Assembly (NCBI GenBank): GCA_040954595.2
Contig: CM082576.2
Span: 11,225,129 to 11,289,128, forward strand
Source of the DNA: Balanoglossus misakiensis
Lineage: Eukaryota; Animalia; Hemichordata
Length of the DNA: 64,000 nt
Direction: 5' to 3'
The translations under genes were made by a program, and so were the position numbers. How positions within the stretch are numbered: position 1 is the stretch's first letter; each line of letters opens with the position of its first letter. Below the pieces are notes generated by a model. The model saw only the letters and a program-made list of their open reading frames with translations. It was not told where the DNA came from and did not search any database. Positions 40,001-53,800 of this stretch are shown in pieces.

Positions 40001-43000
40001 CCAGAAATGTCAATTTTTCGACTTCGCGAAATTTCAAAATTTGGTCATTTTTTGATAAAAACCATGGGTTATAGCTCATGAAAATCATCTAGAAATGTCA
40101 ATTTTTCGTTTTCGCGAAATTTCAAAATTTGGTCATTTCTTGATAAAAACCATGGGTTATAGCTCATGAAAATCATCCAGAAATGTCAATTTTTCGACTT
40201 CGCGAAATTTCAAAATTTGGTCATTTCTTGATAAAAACCATGGGTTATAGCTCATGAAAATCATCCAGAAATGTCAATTTTTTGTTTTCGCGAAATTTCA
40301 AAATTTGGTCATTTCTTGATAAAAACCATGGGTTATAGCTCATGAAAATCATCCAGAAATGTCAATTTTTCGATTTCGCGAAATTTCAAAATTTGGTCAT
40401 TTTTTGATAAAAACCATGGGTTATAGCTCATGAAAATCATCCAGAAATGTCAATTTTTCGTTTTCGCGAAATTTCAAAATTTGGTCATTTCTTGATAAAA
40501 ACCATGGGTTATAGCTCATGAAAATCATCCAGAAATGTCAATTTTTCGATTTCGCGAAATTTCAAAATTTGGTCATTTTTTGATAAAAACCATGGGTTAT
40601 AGCTCATGAAAATCATCCAGAAATGTCAATTTTTCGACTTCGTGAAATTTCAAAATTTGGTCATTTCTTGATAAAAACCATGGGTTATAGCTCATGAAAA
40701 TCATCCAGAAATGTAAATTTTTCGTTTTCGCGAAATTTCAAAATTTGGTCTTTTTGTGATAAAAACCATGGGTTATAGCTCATGAAAATCATCCAGAAAT
40801 GTCAATTTTTCGTTTTCGCGAAATTTCAAAATTTGGTCATTTCTTGATAAAAACCATGGGTTATAGCTCATGAAAATCATCCAGAAATGTCAATTTTTCG
40901 ATTTCGCGAAATTTCAAAATTTGGTCATTTTTTGATAAAAACCATGGGTTATAGCTCATGAAAATCATCCAGAAATGTCAATTTTTCGACTTCGTGAAAT
41001 TTCAAAATTTGGTCATTTCTTGATAAAAACCATGGGTTATAGCTCATGAAAATCATCCAGAAATGTCAATTTTTCGACTTCGCGAAATTTGAAAATTTTG
41101 TCATTTTTTGATAAAAACCATGGGTTATAAACTCATGAAAATCATCCAGAAATGACAATTTTTCGACTTCGCGAAAGTTCAAAATTTGGTCATTTTTTGA
41201 TAAAAACCATGGGTTATAGCTCATGAAAATCATCCAGAAATGTCAATTTTTCGACTTCGCGAAATTTCAAAATTTTGTCATTTTTTGATAAAAAGCATGG
41301 GTTATAGCTCATGAAAATCATCCAGAAATGTCAATTTTTCGACTTCGCGAAATTTCAAAATTTGGTCATTTTTTGATAAAAACCATGGGTTATAGCTCAT
41401 GAAAATCATCTAGAAATGTCAATTTTTCGTTTTCGCGAAATTTCAAAATTTGGTCATTTCTTGATAAAAACCATGGGTTATAGCTCATGAAAATCATCCA
41501 GAAATGTCAATTTTTCGACTTCGCGAAATTTCAAAATTTGGTCATTTCTTGATAAAAACCATGGGTTATAGCTCATGAAAATCATCCAGAAATGTCAATT
41601 TTTTGTTTTCGCGAAATTTCAAAATTTGGTCATTTCTTGATAAAAACCATGGGTTATAGCTCATGAAAATCATCCAGAAATGTCAATTTTTCGATTTCGC
41701 GAAATTTCAAAATTTGGTCATTTTTTGATAAAAACCATGGGTTATAGCTCATGAAAATCATCCAGAAATGTCAATTTTGCGACCTTGCGAAATTTCAAAA
41801 TTTGGTCATTTTTTGGTAAAAACCATGGGTTATAGCTCATGAAAATCATCCAGAAATGTCAATTTTTCGACTTCGCGAAATTTCAAAATTTGGTCATATT
41901 TTGATAAAAACCATGGGTTATAGCTCATGAAAATCATCCAGAAATGTCAATTTTTCGACTTCGCGAAATTTCAAAATTTGGTCATTTTTTGATAAAAACC
42001 ATGGGTTATAGCTCATGAAAATCATCTAGAAATGTCAATTTTTCGTTTTCGCGAAATTTCAAAAGTTGGTCATTTCTTGATAAAAACCATGGGTTATAGC
42101 TCATGAAAATCATCCAGAAATGTCAATTTTTCGACTTCGCGAAAGTTCAAAATTTGGTCATATTTTGATAAAAACCATGGGTTATAGCTCATGAAAATCA
42201 TCCAGAAATGTCAATTTTTCGACTTCGCGAAATTTCAAAATTTGGTCATTTTTTGATAAAAACCATGGGTTATAGCTCATGAAAATCATCTAGAAATGTC
42301 AATTTTTCGTTTTCGCGAAATTTCAAAATTTGGTCATTTCTTGATAAAAACCATGGGTTATAGCTCATGAAAATCATCCAGAAATGTCAATTTTTCGACT
42401 TCGCGAAATTTCAAAATTTGGTCATTTCTTGATAAAAACCATGGGTTATAGCTCATGAAAATCATCCAGAAATGTCAATTTTTCGACTTCGCGAAATTTC
42501 AAAATTTGGTCATATTTTGATAAAAACCATGGGTTATAGCTCATGAAAATCATCCAGAAATGTCAATTTTTCGACTTCGCGAAATTTGAAAATTTGGTCA
42601 TTTTTTGATAAAAACCATGGGTTATAGCTCATGAAAATCATCTAGAAATGTCAATTTTTCGTTTTCGCGAAATTTCAAAATTTGGTCATTTCTTGATAAA
42701 AACCATGGGTTATAGCTCATGAAAATCATCCAGAAATGTCAATTTTTCGACTTCGCGAAATTTCAAAATTTGGTCATTTCTTGATAAAAACCATGGGTTA
42801 TAGCTCATGAAAATCATCCAGAAATGTCAATTTTTCGACTTCGCGAAATTTCAAAATTTGGTCATTTTTTGATAAAAACCATGGGTTATAGCTCATGAAA
42901 ATCATCCAGAAATGTCAATTTTTCGACTTCGCGAAATTTCAAAATTTGGTCATTTTTTGATAAAAACCATGGGTTATAGCTCATGAAAATCATCCAGAAA

Positions 43001-46000
43001 TGTCAATTTTTCGACTTCGCGAAATTTCAAAATTTGGTCATTTTTTGATAAAAACCATGGGTTATAGCTCATGAAAATCATCCAGAAATGTCAATTTTTC
43101 GACTTCGGGAAATTTCAAAATTTGGTCATATTTTGATAAAAACCATGGGTTATAGCTCATGAAAATCATCCAGAAATGTCAATTTTTCGACTTCGCGAAA
43201 TTTCAAAATTTGGTCATTTTTTGATAAAAACCATGGGTTATAGCTCATGAAAATCATCTAGAAATGTCAATTTTTCGTTTTCGCGAAATTTCAAAATTTG
43301 GTCATTTCTTGATAAAAACCATGGGTTATAGCTCATGAAAATCATCCAGAAATGTCAATTTTTCGACTTCGCGAAATTTCAAAATTTGGTCATTTCTTGA
43401 TAAAAACCATGGGTTATAGCTCATGAAAATCATCCAGAAATGTCAATTTTTCGACTTCGCGAAATTTCAAATTTTTGTGATTTTTTGATAAAAACCATGG
43501 GTTATAGCTCATGAAAATCATCCAGAAATGACAATTTTTCGACTTCGCGAAATTTCAAAATTTGGTCATTTTTTGATAAAAACCATGGGTTATAGCTCAT
43601 GAAAATCATCCAGAAATGTCAATTTTTCGACTTCGCGAAATTTCAAAATTTGGTCATTTTTTGATAAAAACCATGGGTTATAGCTCATGAAAATCATCCA
43701 GAAATGTCAATTTTTCGATTTCGCGAAATTTCAAAATTTGGTCATTTCTTGATAAAAACCATGGGTTATAGCTCATGAAAATCATCCAGAAATGTCAATT
43801 TTTCGACTTCGCGAAATTTGAAAATTTGGTCATTTCTTGATAAAAACCATGGGTTATAGCTCATGAAAATCATCCAGAAATGTCAATTTTTCGACTTCGC
43901 GAAATTTGAAAATTTGGTCATTTCTTGATAAAAACGATGGGTTATAGCTCATGAAAATCATCCAGAAATGTAAATTTTTCGACTTCGCGAAATTTGAAAA
44001 TTTGGTCATTTTTTGATAAAAACCATGGGTTATAAACTCATGAAAATCATCCAGAAATGACAATTTTTCGACTTCGCGAAAGTTCAAAATTTGGTCATTT
44101 TTTGATAAAAACCATGGGTTATAGCTCATGAAAATCATCCAGAAATGTCAATTTTTCGACTTCGCGAAATTTCAAAATTTTGTCATTTTTTGATAAAAAC
44201 CATGGGTTATAGCTCATGAAAATCATCCAGAAATGTCAATTTTTCGACTTCGCGAAATTTCAAAATTTGGTCATTTTTTGATAAAAACCATGGGTTATAG
44301 CTCATGAAAATCATCCAGAAATGTCAATTTTTCGACTTCGCGAAATTTCAAAATTTGGTCATTTTTTGATAAAAACCATGGGTTATAGCTCATGAAAATC
44401 ATCCAGAAATGTCAATTTTTCGACTTCGCGAAATTTCAAAATTTGGTCATATTTTGATAAAAACCATGGGTTATAGCTCATGAAAATCATCCAGAAATGT
44501 CAATTTTTCGACTTCGCGAAATTTCAAAATTTGGTCATATTTTGATAAAAACCATGGGTTATAGCTCATGAAAATCATCCAGAAATGTCAATTTTTCGAC
44601 TTCGCGAAATTTCAAAATTTGGTCATTTCTTGATAAAAACCATGGGTTATAGCTCATGAAAATCATCCAGAAATGTCAATTTTTCGACTTCGCGAAATTT
44701 CAAAATTTGGTCATTTCTTGATAAAAACCATGGGTTATAGCTCATGAAAATCATCCAGAAATGTCAATTTTTCGACTTCGCGAAATTTCAAATTTTTGTG
44801 ATTTTTTGATAAAAACCATGGGTTATAGCTCATGAAAATCATCCAGAAATGACAATTTTTCGACTTCGCGAAATTTCAAAATTTGGTTATTTTTTGATAA
44901 AAACCATGGGTTATAGCTCATGAAAATCATCCAGAAATGACAATTTTTCGACTTCGCGAAATTTCAAAATTTGGTCATTTTTTGATAAAAACCATGGGTT
45001 ATAGCTCATGAAAATCATCCAGAAATGTCAATTTTTCGACTTCGCGAAATTTCAAAATTTGGTCATTTTTTGATAAAAACCATGGGTTATAGCTCATGAA
45101 AATCATCCAGAAATGTCAATTTTTCGATTTCGCGAAATTTCAAAATTTGGTCATTTCTTGATAAAAACCATGGGTTATAGCTCATGAAAATCATCCAGAA
45201 ATGTCAATTTTTCGACTTCGCGAAATTTGAAAATTTGGTCATTTCTTGATAAAAACCATGGGTTATAAACTCATGAAAATCATCCAGAAATGTCAATTTT
45301 TCGACTTCGCGAAATTTGAAAATTTGGTCATTTCTTGATAAAAACGATGGGTTATAGCTCATGAAAATCATCCAGAAATGACAATTTTTCGACTTCGCGA
45401 AATTTGAAAATTTGGTCATTTTTTGATAAAAACCATGGGTTATAAACTCATGAAAATCATCCAGAAATGACAATTTTTCGACTTCGCGAAAGTTCAAAAT
45501 TTGGTCATTTTTTGATAAAAACCATGGGTTATAGCTCATGAAAATCATCCAGAAATGTCAATTTTTCGACTTCGCGAAATTTCAAAATTTTGTCATTTTT
45601 TGATAAAAACCATGGGTTATAGCTCATGAAAATCATCCAGAAATGTCAATTTTTCGACTTCGCGAAATTTCAAAATTTGGTCATTTTTTGATAAAAACCA
45701 TGGGTTATAGCTCATGAAAATCATCTAGAAATGTCAATTTTTCGTTTTCGCGAAATTTCAAAATTTGGTCATTTCTTGATAAAAACCATGGGTTATAGCT
45801 CATGAAAATCATCTAGAAATGTCAATTTTTCGACTTCGCGAAATTTCAAAATTTGGTCATTTCTTGATAAAAACCATGGGTTATAGCTCATGAAAATCAT
45901 CCAGAAATGTCAATTTTTCGACTTCGCGAAAGTTCAAAATTTGGTCATTTTTTGATAAAAACCATGGGTTATAGCTCATGAAAATCATCCAGAAATGTCA

Positions 46001-47212
46001 ATTTTTCGACTTCGCGAAATTTCAAAATTTGGTCATTTTTTGATAAAAACCATGGGTTATAGCTCATGAAAATCATCCAGAAATGTCAATTTTTCGACTT
46101 CGCGAAATTTCAAAATTTGGTCATTTCTTGATAAAAACCATGGGTTATAGCTCATGAAAATCATCCAGAAATGTCAATTTTTCGACTTCGCGAAATTTGA
46201 AAATTTGGTCATTTCTTGATAAAAACCATGGGTTATAGCTCATGAAAATCATCCAGAAATGTCAATTTTTCGACTTCGCGAAATTTGAAAATTTGGTCAT
46301 TTCTTGATAAAAACCATGGGTTATAGCTCATGAAAATCATCCAGAAATGTCAATTTTTCGACTTCGCGAAATTTGAAAATTTGGTCATTTTTTGATAAAA
46401 ACCATGGGTTATAAACTCATGAAAATCATCCAGAAATGACAATTTTTCGACTTCGCGAAAGTTCAAAATTTGGTCATTTTTTGATAAAAACCATGGGTTA
46501 TAGCTCATGAAAATCATCCAGAAATGTCAATTTTTCGACTTCGCGAAATTTCAAAATTTGGTCATTTTTTGATAAAAACCATGGGTTATAGCTCATGAAA
46601 ATCATCCAGAAATGTCAATTTTTTGTTTTCGCGAAATTTCAAAATTTGGTCATTTTTTGATAAAAACCATGGGTTATAGCTCATGAAAATCATCCAGAAA
46701 TGTCAATTTTTCGATTTCGCGAAATTTCAAAATTTGGTCATTTTTTGATAAAAACCATGGGTTATAGCTCATGAAAATCATCCAGAAATGTCAATTTTTC
46801 GACTTCGCGAAATTTCAAAATTTGGTCATTTCTTGATAAAAACCATGGGTTATAGCTCATGAAAATCATCCAGAAATGTCAATTTTTCGACTTCGCGAAA
46901 TTTTAAAATTTGGTCATTTTTTGATAAAAACCATGGGTTATAGCTCATGAAAATCATCCAGAAATGTCAATTTTTCGTTTTCGCGAAATTTCAAAATTTG
47001 GTCATATTTTGATAAAAACCATGTGTTATAGCTCATGAAAATCATCCAGAAATGTCATTTTTTCGACTTCGCGAAATTTCAAAAATTCATTTATTGAAAA
47101 AAATCATGGGTTATAGCTCATGAAAATCATCCAAAAATGACAATTTTTCGACTTTGCGAATTTTCAAAAATTGTGTATTTTTTGAAAAAAAAATCATGGC
47201 TTATAGCTCATC
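37091..47212. repeat. Tandem satellite array, 88-bp monomer, about 115 copies, with 14-16-mer higher-order structure
   Basis: Consensus ATCCAGAAATGTCAATTTTTCGACTTCGCGAAATTTCAAAATTTGGTCATTT(T/C)TTGATAAAAACCATGGGTTATAGCTCATGAAAATC, repeated head-to-tail (e.g. 37181, 37269). Internal copies differ at a few recurrent sites; terminal copies are more degenerate. Confidence 0.99.
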
Positions 47213-47809
47213 CACATCCAATGGTGGGAGACATTTACTAAACTTGTAACTTATGCACAACCATATCACTCTCAGAAAGTTGTACTTGTTTTCAAACGGA
47301 GAACTATTTGGATTCTTTGTATTTATTGAAATGACACATGGTTAATATTATAATCACCACTGATTTGCATATGCCCATATATGGTTTAAAGGGAATGTCT
47401 AAGTTTTCACATGACCATGTGGTGTTGCATTTTTTGCCCTCTGTCTATCTTGCTTGGGTCAAAACACTGAACACATAAGTTAAAAAGTGTTGAAAGTGAT
47501 CTTTATTACCAATACAGTCAAATATCACTCAAGTAGTTGACACAAATGAAAACAAATATTTTCAGTTGACAAGACCAGTCACTGTCGGACTGCCTTGAAC
47601 TTTGCATGATACAGATGACGAAAGTGATCGCTGCCATACATGTCCGAATACAGCTGAAGTACAAGTGTCAGGTCCAAACGCTTTGACACAATCTGTATAA
47701 AATAAGCAGAGGAAAAAATAAAATTCTTGCATCATTCAGCAGTGACTGCCAAAGACTCTACAGTTGTCCAAACTAAAGCTTCCATTTTTGTACAGACTCT
47801 CCTCAAAGC

Positions 47810-50800
47810 CTAAGTTTCCATGGGCTCTTCTTTGACTTTGGGCTGGTCACTCTCCCCCGTATCCATCTTTGCCTCGGTTTCACTGCCACTGGTTTCCATG
47901 GGTTCTTCTTTGACTTTCTCCGGCTCCTCCTTGATTTTCACGTCACCTGTTGCCGCTATGGCAACAGCCGTTTCCGCCGCGCTCTCCGCCTGTTTCTGTT
48001 TGTCCTCCTCCTCTTGTTTCAACTGTCTCTCTTTGGCGAGTCTTTCCTTCAGCAACTTCTGCTGTTTCATGCGCTCCTCCGCGAGTTTCTGCTGGTAGAA
48101 TTTCTCCTGCACCAGCTGGTGGGCGGTCGGTTTTGCCTTGGCAACCGTCGCCGCCGCAGCTTCTGTCTTCTTGGGTTCCATGTTCTCGTCCGGTTTAGGT
48201 TCCGGAGGTTTCTCTTCCGTCAGCAGTACCTGCATCACTGACTTGGGAATGTGCGCTCTCTGTGAATCGAATCAACAAGGGAGAGTCTAACATTATCCAC
48301 AGATACACGACAAGAAATTTTTGATTTGTAGACATCTGTTTTCACCATGGGTGCTTAGTGTTATCATGCAGCGGTTGACAGACGTGCTCTTTCTGAACGG
48401 GAAATAACTCAACTTTATTTCTAATGATGATCTCTTACTCGGACTAGCGCAGTCTGCAAGCTAGTGGCAGAAGATCTCTTTTCATGTCATTTAAAACTTT
48501 ACCAGTACACAAATATCAGGAAAACACTGCTTCGGTGTTTTGGATGCAAATACAGTATACCATGCAGAGGGTTCATGCAATTTCAGTTACCTGATGTGGA
48601 GTGAACGACTGGACATGTTCCAGTAAGGGCTCCCTCAGATCCGGACTCATCTCAAATACATTCTTCAACTGTAGAGGTGGCAGTTGTAACAACACTTGAA
48701 AAGACTGGGGCTTCGTTCTCTGAAATTATGGAAGGAAAAGAAAAACTAAGTTGTCATGCCATGAACAGATATTTTTGTAATCCAAATGTCCCCCTTTAAA
48801 GGTTATCACAAAATCCCCAAATTCAGTAAACCCTATGGTCTCCAACCCCCTTTCAATATGCCCCCCCCTCTCACCTGGCAGCATTTCACAAAGCCTTCCC
48901 ATATCTTCTTCTGCTTCCACACTTGCTTGATGATGAGCCTCTGCAGGATGTTCATCACAAAGCCGATGAGTCTGGGATACATGCTGAGAGACTGGATGAC
49001 CGTTCTCATCAGAAGCGTCGGGATGGGATTCTGTTCCATCAGCTGCTGCATGACCACGGCCAACACTTCCTGGGTGTAGATGGTCTTCTCGTTGAAGCAC
49101 AAACTGGTTGCTGCAAATCAATTCATAGAAAGTTGGTTTCATTTTTTCTTCATCACAACTTTAATACGCAGGGAAAGTTCACTGTCAGATGCTACACCTT
49201 TGCTGGCAACCATGTGATGCAACTACAGGTAGTCATGGAGTGCTGGCTATCACTTCACTTAAATTACTAGGCATAACTGAATAGTTTAGTCCAACAGCCA
49301 GAGGATCTGAGTGAGTCTAGCTGTGGGGCAAAAAAAACAGATATGGACAAAGTTCCTACCTTTTATGATCGACTTCATATCGCACTTTGATGAATCAATG
49401 TTGTGCAGCGCTATCAGTAATTCAGCTGGCGATAGAGGGCTCTGTCCAGCACTGTTGTCGCCTTGGTGACTCATCAACAGACGATGGAAAACTTCCTTCA
49501 CCACGATCGGATTCAGCTTGATAAGTTTCGGCAAGGCTGCGATTACTTCTTTCTGAGGTGAGAGAACAACAGAGATTTACTCTAAATAGATAACTCAGGC
49601 TAGCCAGATCAGATATATATCAATCTGATTACACAAACTGTAACAGCATCATTTTTTCAGGGGCGTCTCCTTGGCACGGCACTTGGTCATTGAGTGAGCA
49701 ATGGTCCATTTTCAGCTGATTTGGTCAGATAATTTATGCACTCATCCGGGTAATCGGAGGAGAACCAAACCATGGCGTATAAATTGAAGGAATGACATGA
49801 CTCTACCTTTTCAAGTCCAATCAGTACCGGTATGAGGAATCGGACATCTGACACACGCTTGTGGTAAAGGTCGCGAACTCTCTTGACCAACTCTGGCGAT
49901 GGAGGTGCTGTCAGAGAAAATAACATGGCCAGAGTTAAAGAAGCAAAGTGATTCAAGAAAACAAACATTCATAACTGAATTTAGACATGAAACATACACA
50001 TTTATGGCAAAGTCACAGTAACACAAGTAAACCTGAAAGGATTGTGATCACTGCAACATATCATGTGAAAAAAGACCAAAATCTGTCTGTTTACTACCAC
50101 AGAAATACACGACTGAGTTAATGTACTCTGTACTCACCCTTGTCTGTCAGAATGTGTAACATCCTTGTAATTAGAGTTTCAGCGCCCTTGGGACAATTTT
50201 CTACCAGTAACAACAGTTCGGGTGAACCCATACCCATGCCTCTGACCTAGAAAATTAAGTATACATGTAGTTGAAATGAATGAGAGACTCAAATGAGTGT
50301 GCTCAAGTGTTTAAGTGTGGAAAATGAAGTCTATATAAAGTAACATGAATAAATTTGACTGGAGGGAAAGGTCAACATGGTGGCATACTTACAGGATTTT
50401 CAAGTACTCGAAGAACTGTTCTCTTGATCAAAGCTGAGGTTGCTACATAAACTGTTGCAAGCCTACAAAACAAGAGAAAGGAGGGCAGTTAATAGCAATC
50501 TAGTAATCTGGTTCTATTTAATCAACCGGAACAGCCTGTCTTAGAAATCTGGAGTGAGCGCATGCTGTGAAGAAAATTTTGAAGAGAAAATTAGAATGGA
50601 TCTCATGCGCACTATGCTAGTATTCTACAACATTTGCCGTTCTCCAACCACTCACACACACACGGCAACCAAGTACTCACTCGTGTATTAGCCTGTGATT
50701 CATTGGCAGTAGTGCTAGGTACAGCGTCAGACACATCTTGACAATCTCTTCAAGCCAGGTACTTTCTGGGTTCTCGCTCATCAGAACGGGACATCTCTCA

Positions 50801-53800
50801 ACCACGTTCTCAGGCGGTTTCTCGTGCAGAAGGTTCTTCAGGCAATTTAAGGCAAAACTCTACGAGAACAGAAACCAAACATCTATCAGAACCTACTGAT
50901 CCCAGTTTTAAACCATACATAGTAACAATTTCAGTCAACATTTTCAGTAATAATAATCATCCTCCTTTTCAGTGAAACATTTTTCATTAACATCTCCAGA
51001 AGCAACATTTATCAAGACATACAAAATGCTACTCACCTCGATTGTGTCTCTGAGATTGGGCCGTTCATACAGCCTCTTGGCAAATTGCACGGCTTGGCTC
51101 CTGACTTCGGACTTTTCATGGAATGTAAGATCCAGCAGGACTATGAGATAGTTGAGCTGATCCGCTGGACGTTTCAGTACTAAATCTCTCAGGGTCGACA
51201 TACCTATGTACACATGAGCCTGCAAAGAGAAGAGTTCAGATACACACAATTTTCAGAAATCCCATGGACACAATAACAGCTACTTTCAACATCACTGCAG
51301 AGGTGTATCTGAGGAGCGGTGCTTGTTTTTCAACTCCAACAAACACTGGGTATATATTGGTATTAAACCGGACTTTTCCATACCTCATCTTCACAATACT
51401 CCTTCACAATTTCTAATGATTTCGGTGTAAGTAGTGGTGCTTGTAAAACCAGATGTGAAAACAATCTGTGAATAGAGATACATGAAATGAATTAAATATT
51501 ATCAGATGCAAACTAGTACTTTCAAGTTCCATTGCACACCTGGTGAATACTGATGACTTCCCGGCTGTGCTTCCCACTTACCCTTCTCTGTTGTCTCTTT
51601 CCTTGACACCCGCCAAGAGATCCGTCAAGCACCTGTCATACTGGTCAATGCTTGGTTCCTCCGTCCTGGGCATGTAGCCTTGGTATTTGGCGTATTCCTG
51701 GTACAGCCAGGCGAACGCCAAGTCCGATCTGTTCCTGAGATCTTCAAAGATGAATTCTCTCAATACTGTTGGAGGAGTGTACGGGGTTCAGACAGGGTCA
51801 GAAGGTCGTTCCCAAGCTCAAGTCAGTCAATGAAATTCAGAAAATTTCAACATGCCCCAAATGTTAATTTAGTTTACAAACTTCCAATTTTTCAACATGG
51901 CAAAACTACACCACCTTGAAATTAAGTCGACATGTACTTGTACTTACGATCAGCCAATTCATCTCCAAACTGAGTAACCAGCACTACTACAATTTTGGTT
52001 CTTATATCACTCACACCACCTCGAGTAGCTTGTTCTGAAATTAAACACACAGTTCATACTGACATTTAATTTTTTTGCTGCAATATTCGACAAGCTTGGG
52101 TTTTAACAGCAAACATAAACCTCTGGTTGCATCACACGAGAACTGTTCCTTAGCAATTACACAAGCATGGTCTGACAGCAGTTGTATAGTATTACTGCTC
52201 TTTGCTTTTATATAATACTGAAATCACTCTACTTACTTTCTGCCTCCAGAATTCTCTTGACAGCACCAACCATCATTGATTTGTTCTGTGCTTCTGACAG
52301 TGGTTTGGTGACATCGGCTAACTTGAACAGTTTGATGCGCCGGACTCCCTTCTGTGTTGTCACCATCGGAATCATCGGCTGGGCAGATTTCTTTTTGCCA
52401 TCCTCCTGTTTTATGACAGTGTGACCACCTATGTGCAGCAAAGTGAAAAGAAAAAATATGTTTTTTTATATATTACCAGATACTCTGTCTTGCTTGATGA
52501 CGACGACGATGATGATGATAATGATGATGATGATGATGACAACGACGACGATGATGATGATGAAGGAAGATGTAGTGGTGGTGGTATTGGTGATAACGAT
52601 GGCAAAATAAAAACATTTCATTTGTACTTACCCACAACCGTCTGAATTCCCTGGGCAGCTCCAGAACCTTCTGAAGTTGATGCAACAGCTTCTGATTCCT
52701 GCCAATGAAAAAAACATCAATTACGAATAAAATGTTAATCCATAACGATATAACATCAAAATCAACGGGTAAATAGCAAAGTCAGGTTTGGTCTGGTGCC
52801 TAAATCATGCGTGGAGTATTATAAGGCACTCTGTATGCTGTCAGACATACTCATTGTTGCTTACTTGTTTGTTGGTGGGGCTGAATCCTGCTCCTACAAA
52901 CTGAGTGGCCAGCATTCTCGACAGGTGGAGAATCTGCTGATCTGTGCCGGCTGATTCCACTGGTGTGTACGTGGCCTGGAAGTGGACGGGCATGGTGTCT
53001 GGCAGAGCCACCTGCGGGAAGCCAAGGAAAGAAGCAAAATCATCACGGAAGAGCTATTTTGACTGCCCTCTTTCTCAAATAATTGTTCAGGAAAAATCTA
53101 ATTGTGTGAAATAGTTAAGAATAAAGGTGAAAATGTAAAATGGCGCTGGGGAACCCACCATGCTCAGCAGGACGATGTTTGCTACATTTTCGATGTGCAG
53201 CAGTGGTCGAATCTCTTCAGCCATGACATCTATGCCAGACGCCGTCGACGCCGGTTTGACAACTTGTGTTGATGTGGATGGCTCGGCTGCTTCATCTGAG
53301 ACCTGTTTGGAAAAAAAAAATATATATTTTGACTAAATTGATCACTAATGTTTCTCCAACAAACTTATTTTTCTGGCTTTTGTTTGTGTGAATGTTACTA
53401 CACAGACAAGTGACTGAAAACAGGCAATAAAATTTCAATTGAGGCTGTTTCTAAATAGATTGACACTGAATTTGAGACCTTATCAAATCCAGTTAGGCAA
53501 CTTAGATTTTCTAAAGCATTCTGCTGCTTCTACAAAAGCCACAGTTCAGCCACAACTTCTTTATCAGAATGATTCTCGACCTCAACACGCGATGGGAATT
53601 CTGGGTTTACAAAGACATACCCACCTTTGCTTTCTTGGTTGAAGACTGTCCAACATCTTCCTCTGCACGGGATCTCTTGTTTGTCTCAGATGGCTTTGCT
53701 ATGTTTTTCGAGATCTGGAAAAAACAGATGGCCAAATCATAAAGTATGCCCTATTTCTATTGAACAGACAGATGTGTAACACAAATAAAATATCTGGGTT

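Noticed and set aside
43854-45548. ORFs MIFMSYNPWFLSKNDQ... in the satellite
   Set aside because: Chance frames opened by monomer variants; 88 is not a multiple of 3 and most units contain stops.
37091-47212. CRISPR-like array
   Set aside because: No unique spacers (the whole 88 bp repeats), no cas genes, eukaryotic context.
48324-48472. H/ACA or scaRNA candidate in the last SYMPK intron (AGAGCA, stem, ACA; UGAG loop)
   Set aside because: The 5' hairpin lacks a proper lower stem and pocket spacing, and I found no convincing rRNA or snRNA target; would need Infernal or small-RNA data.
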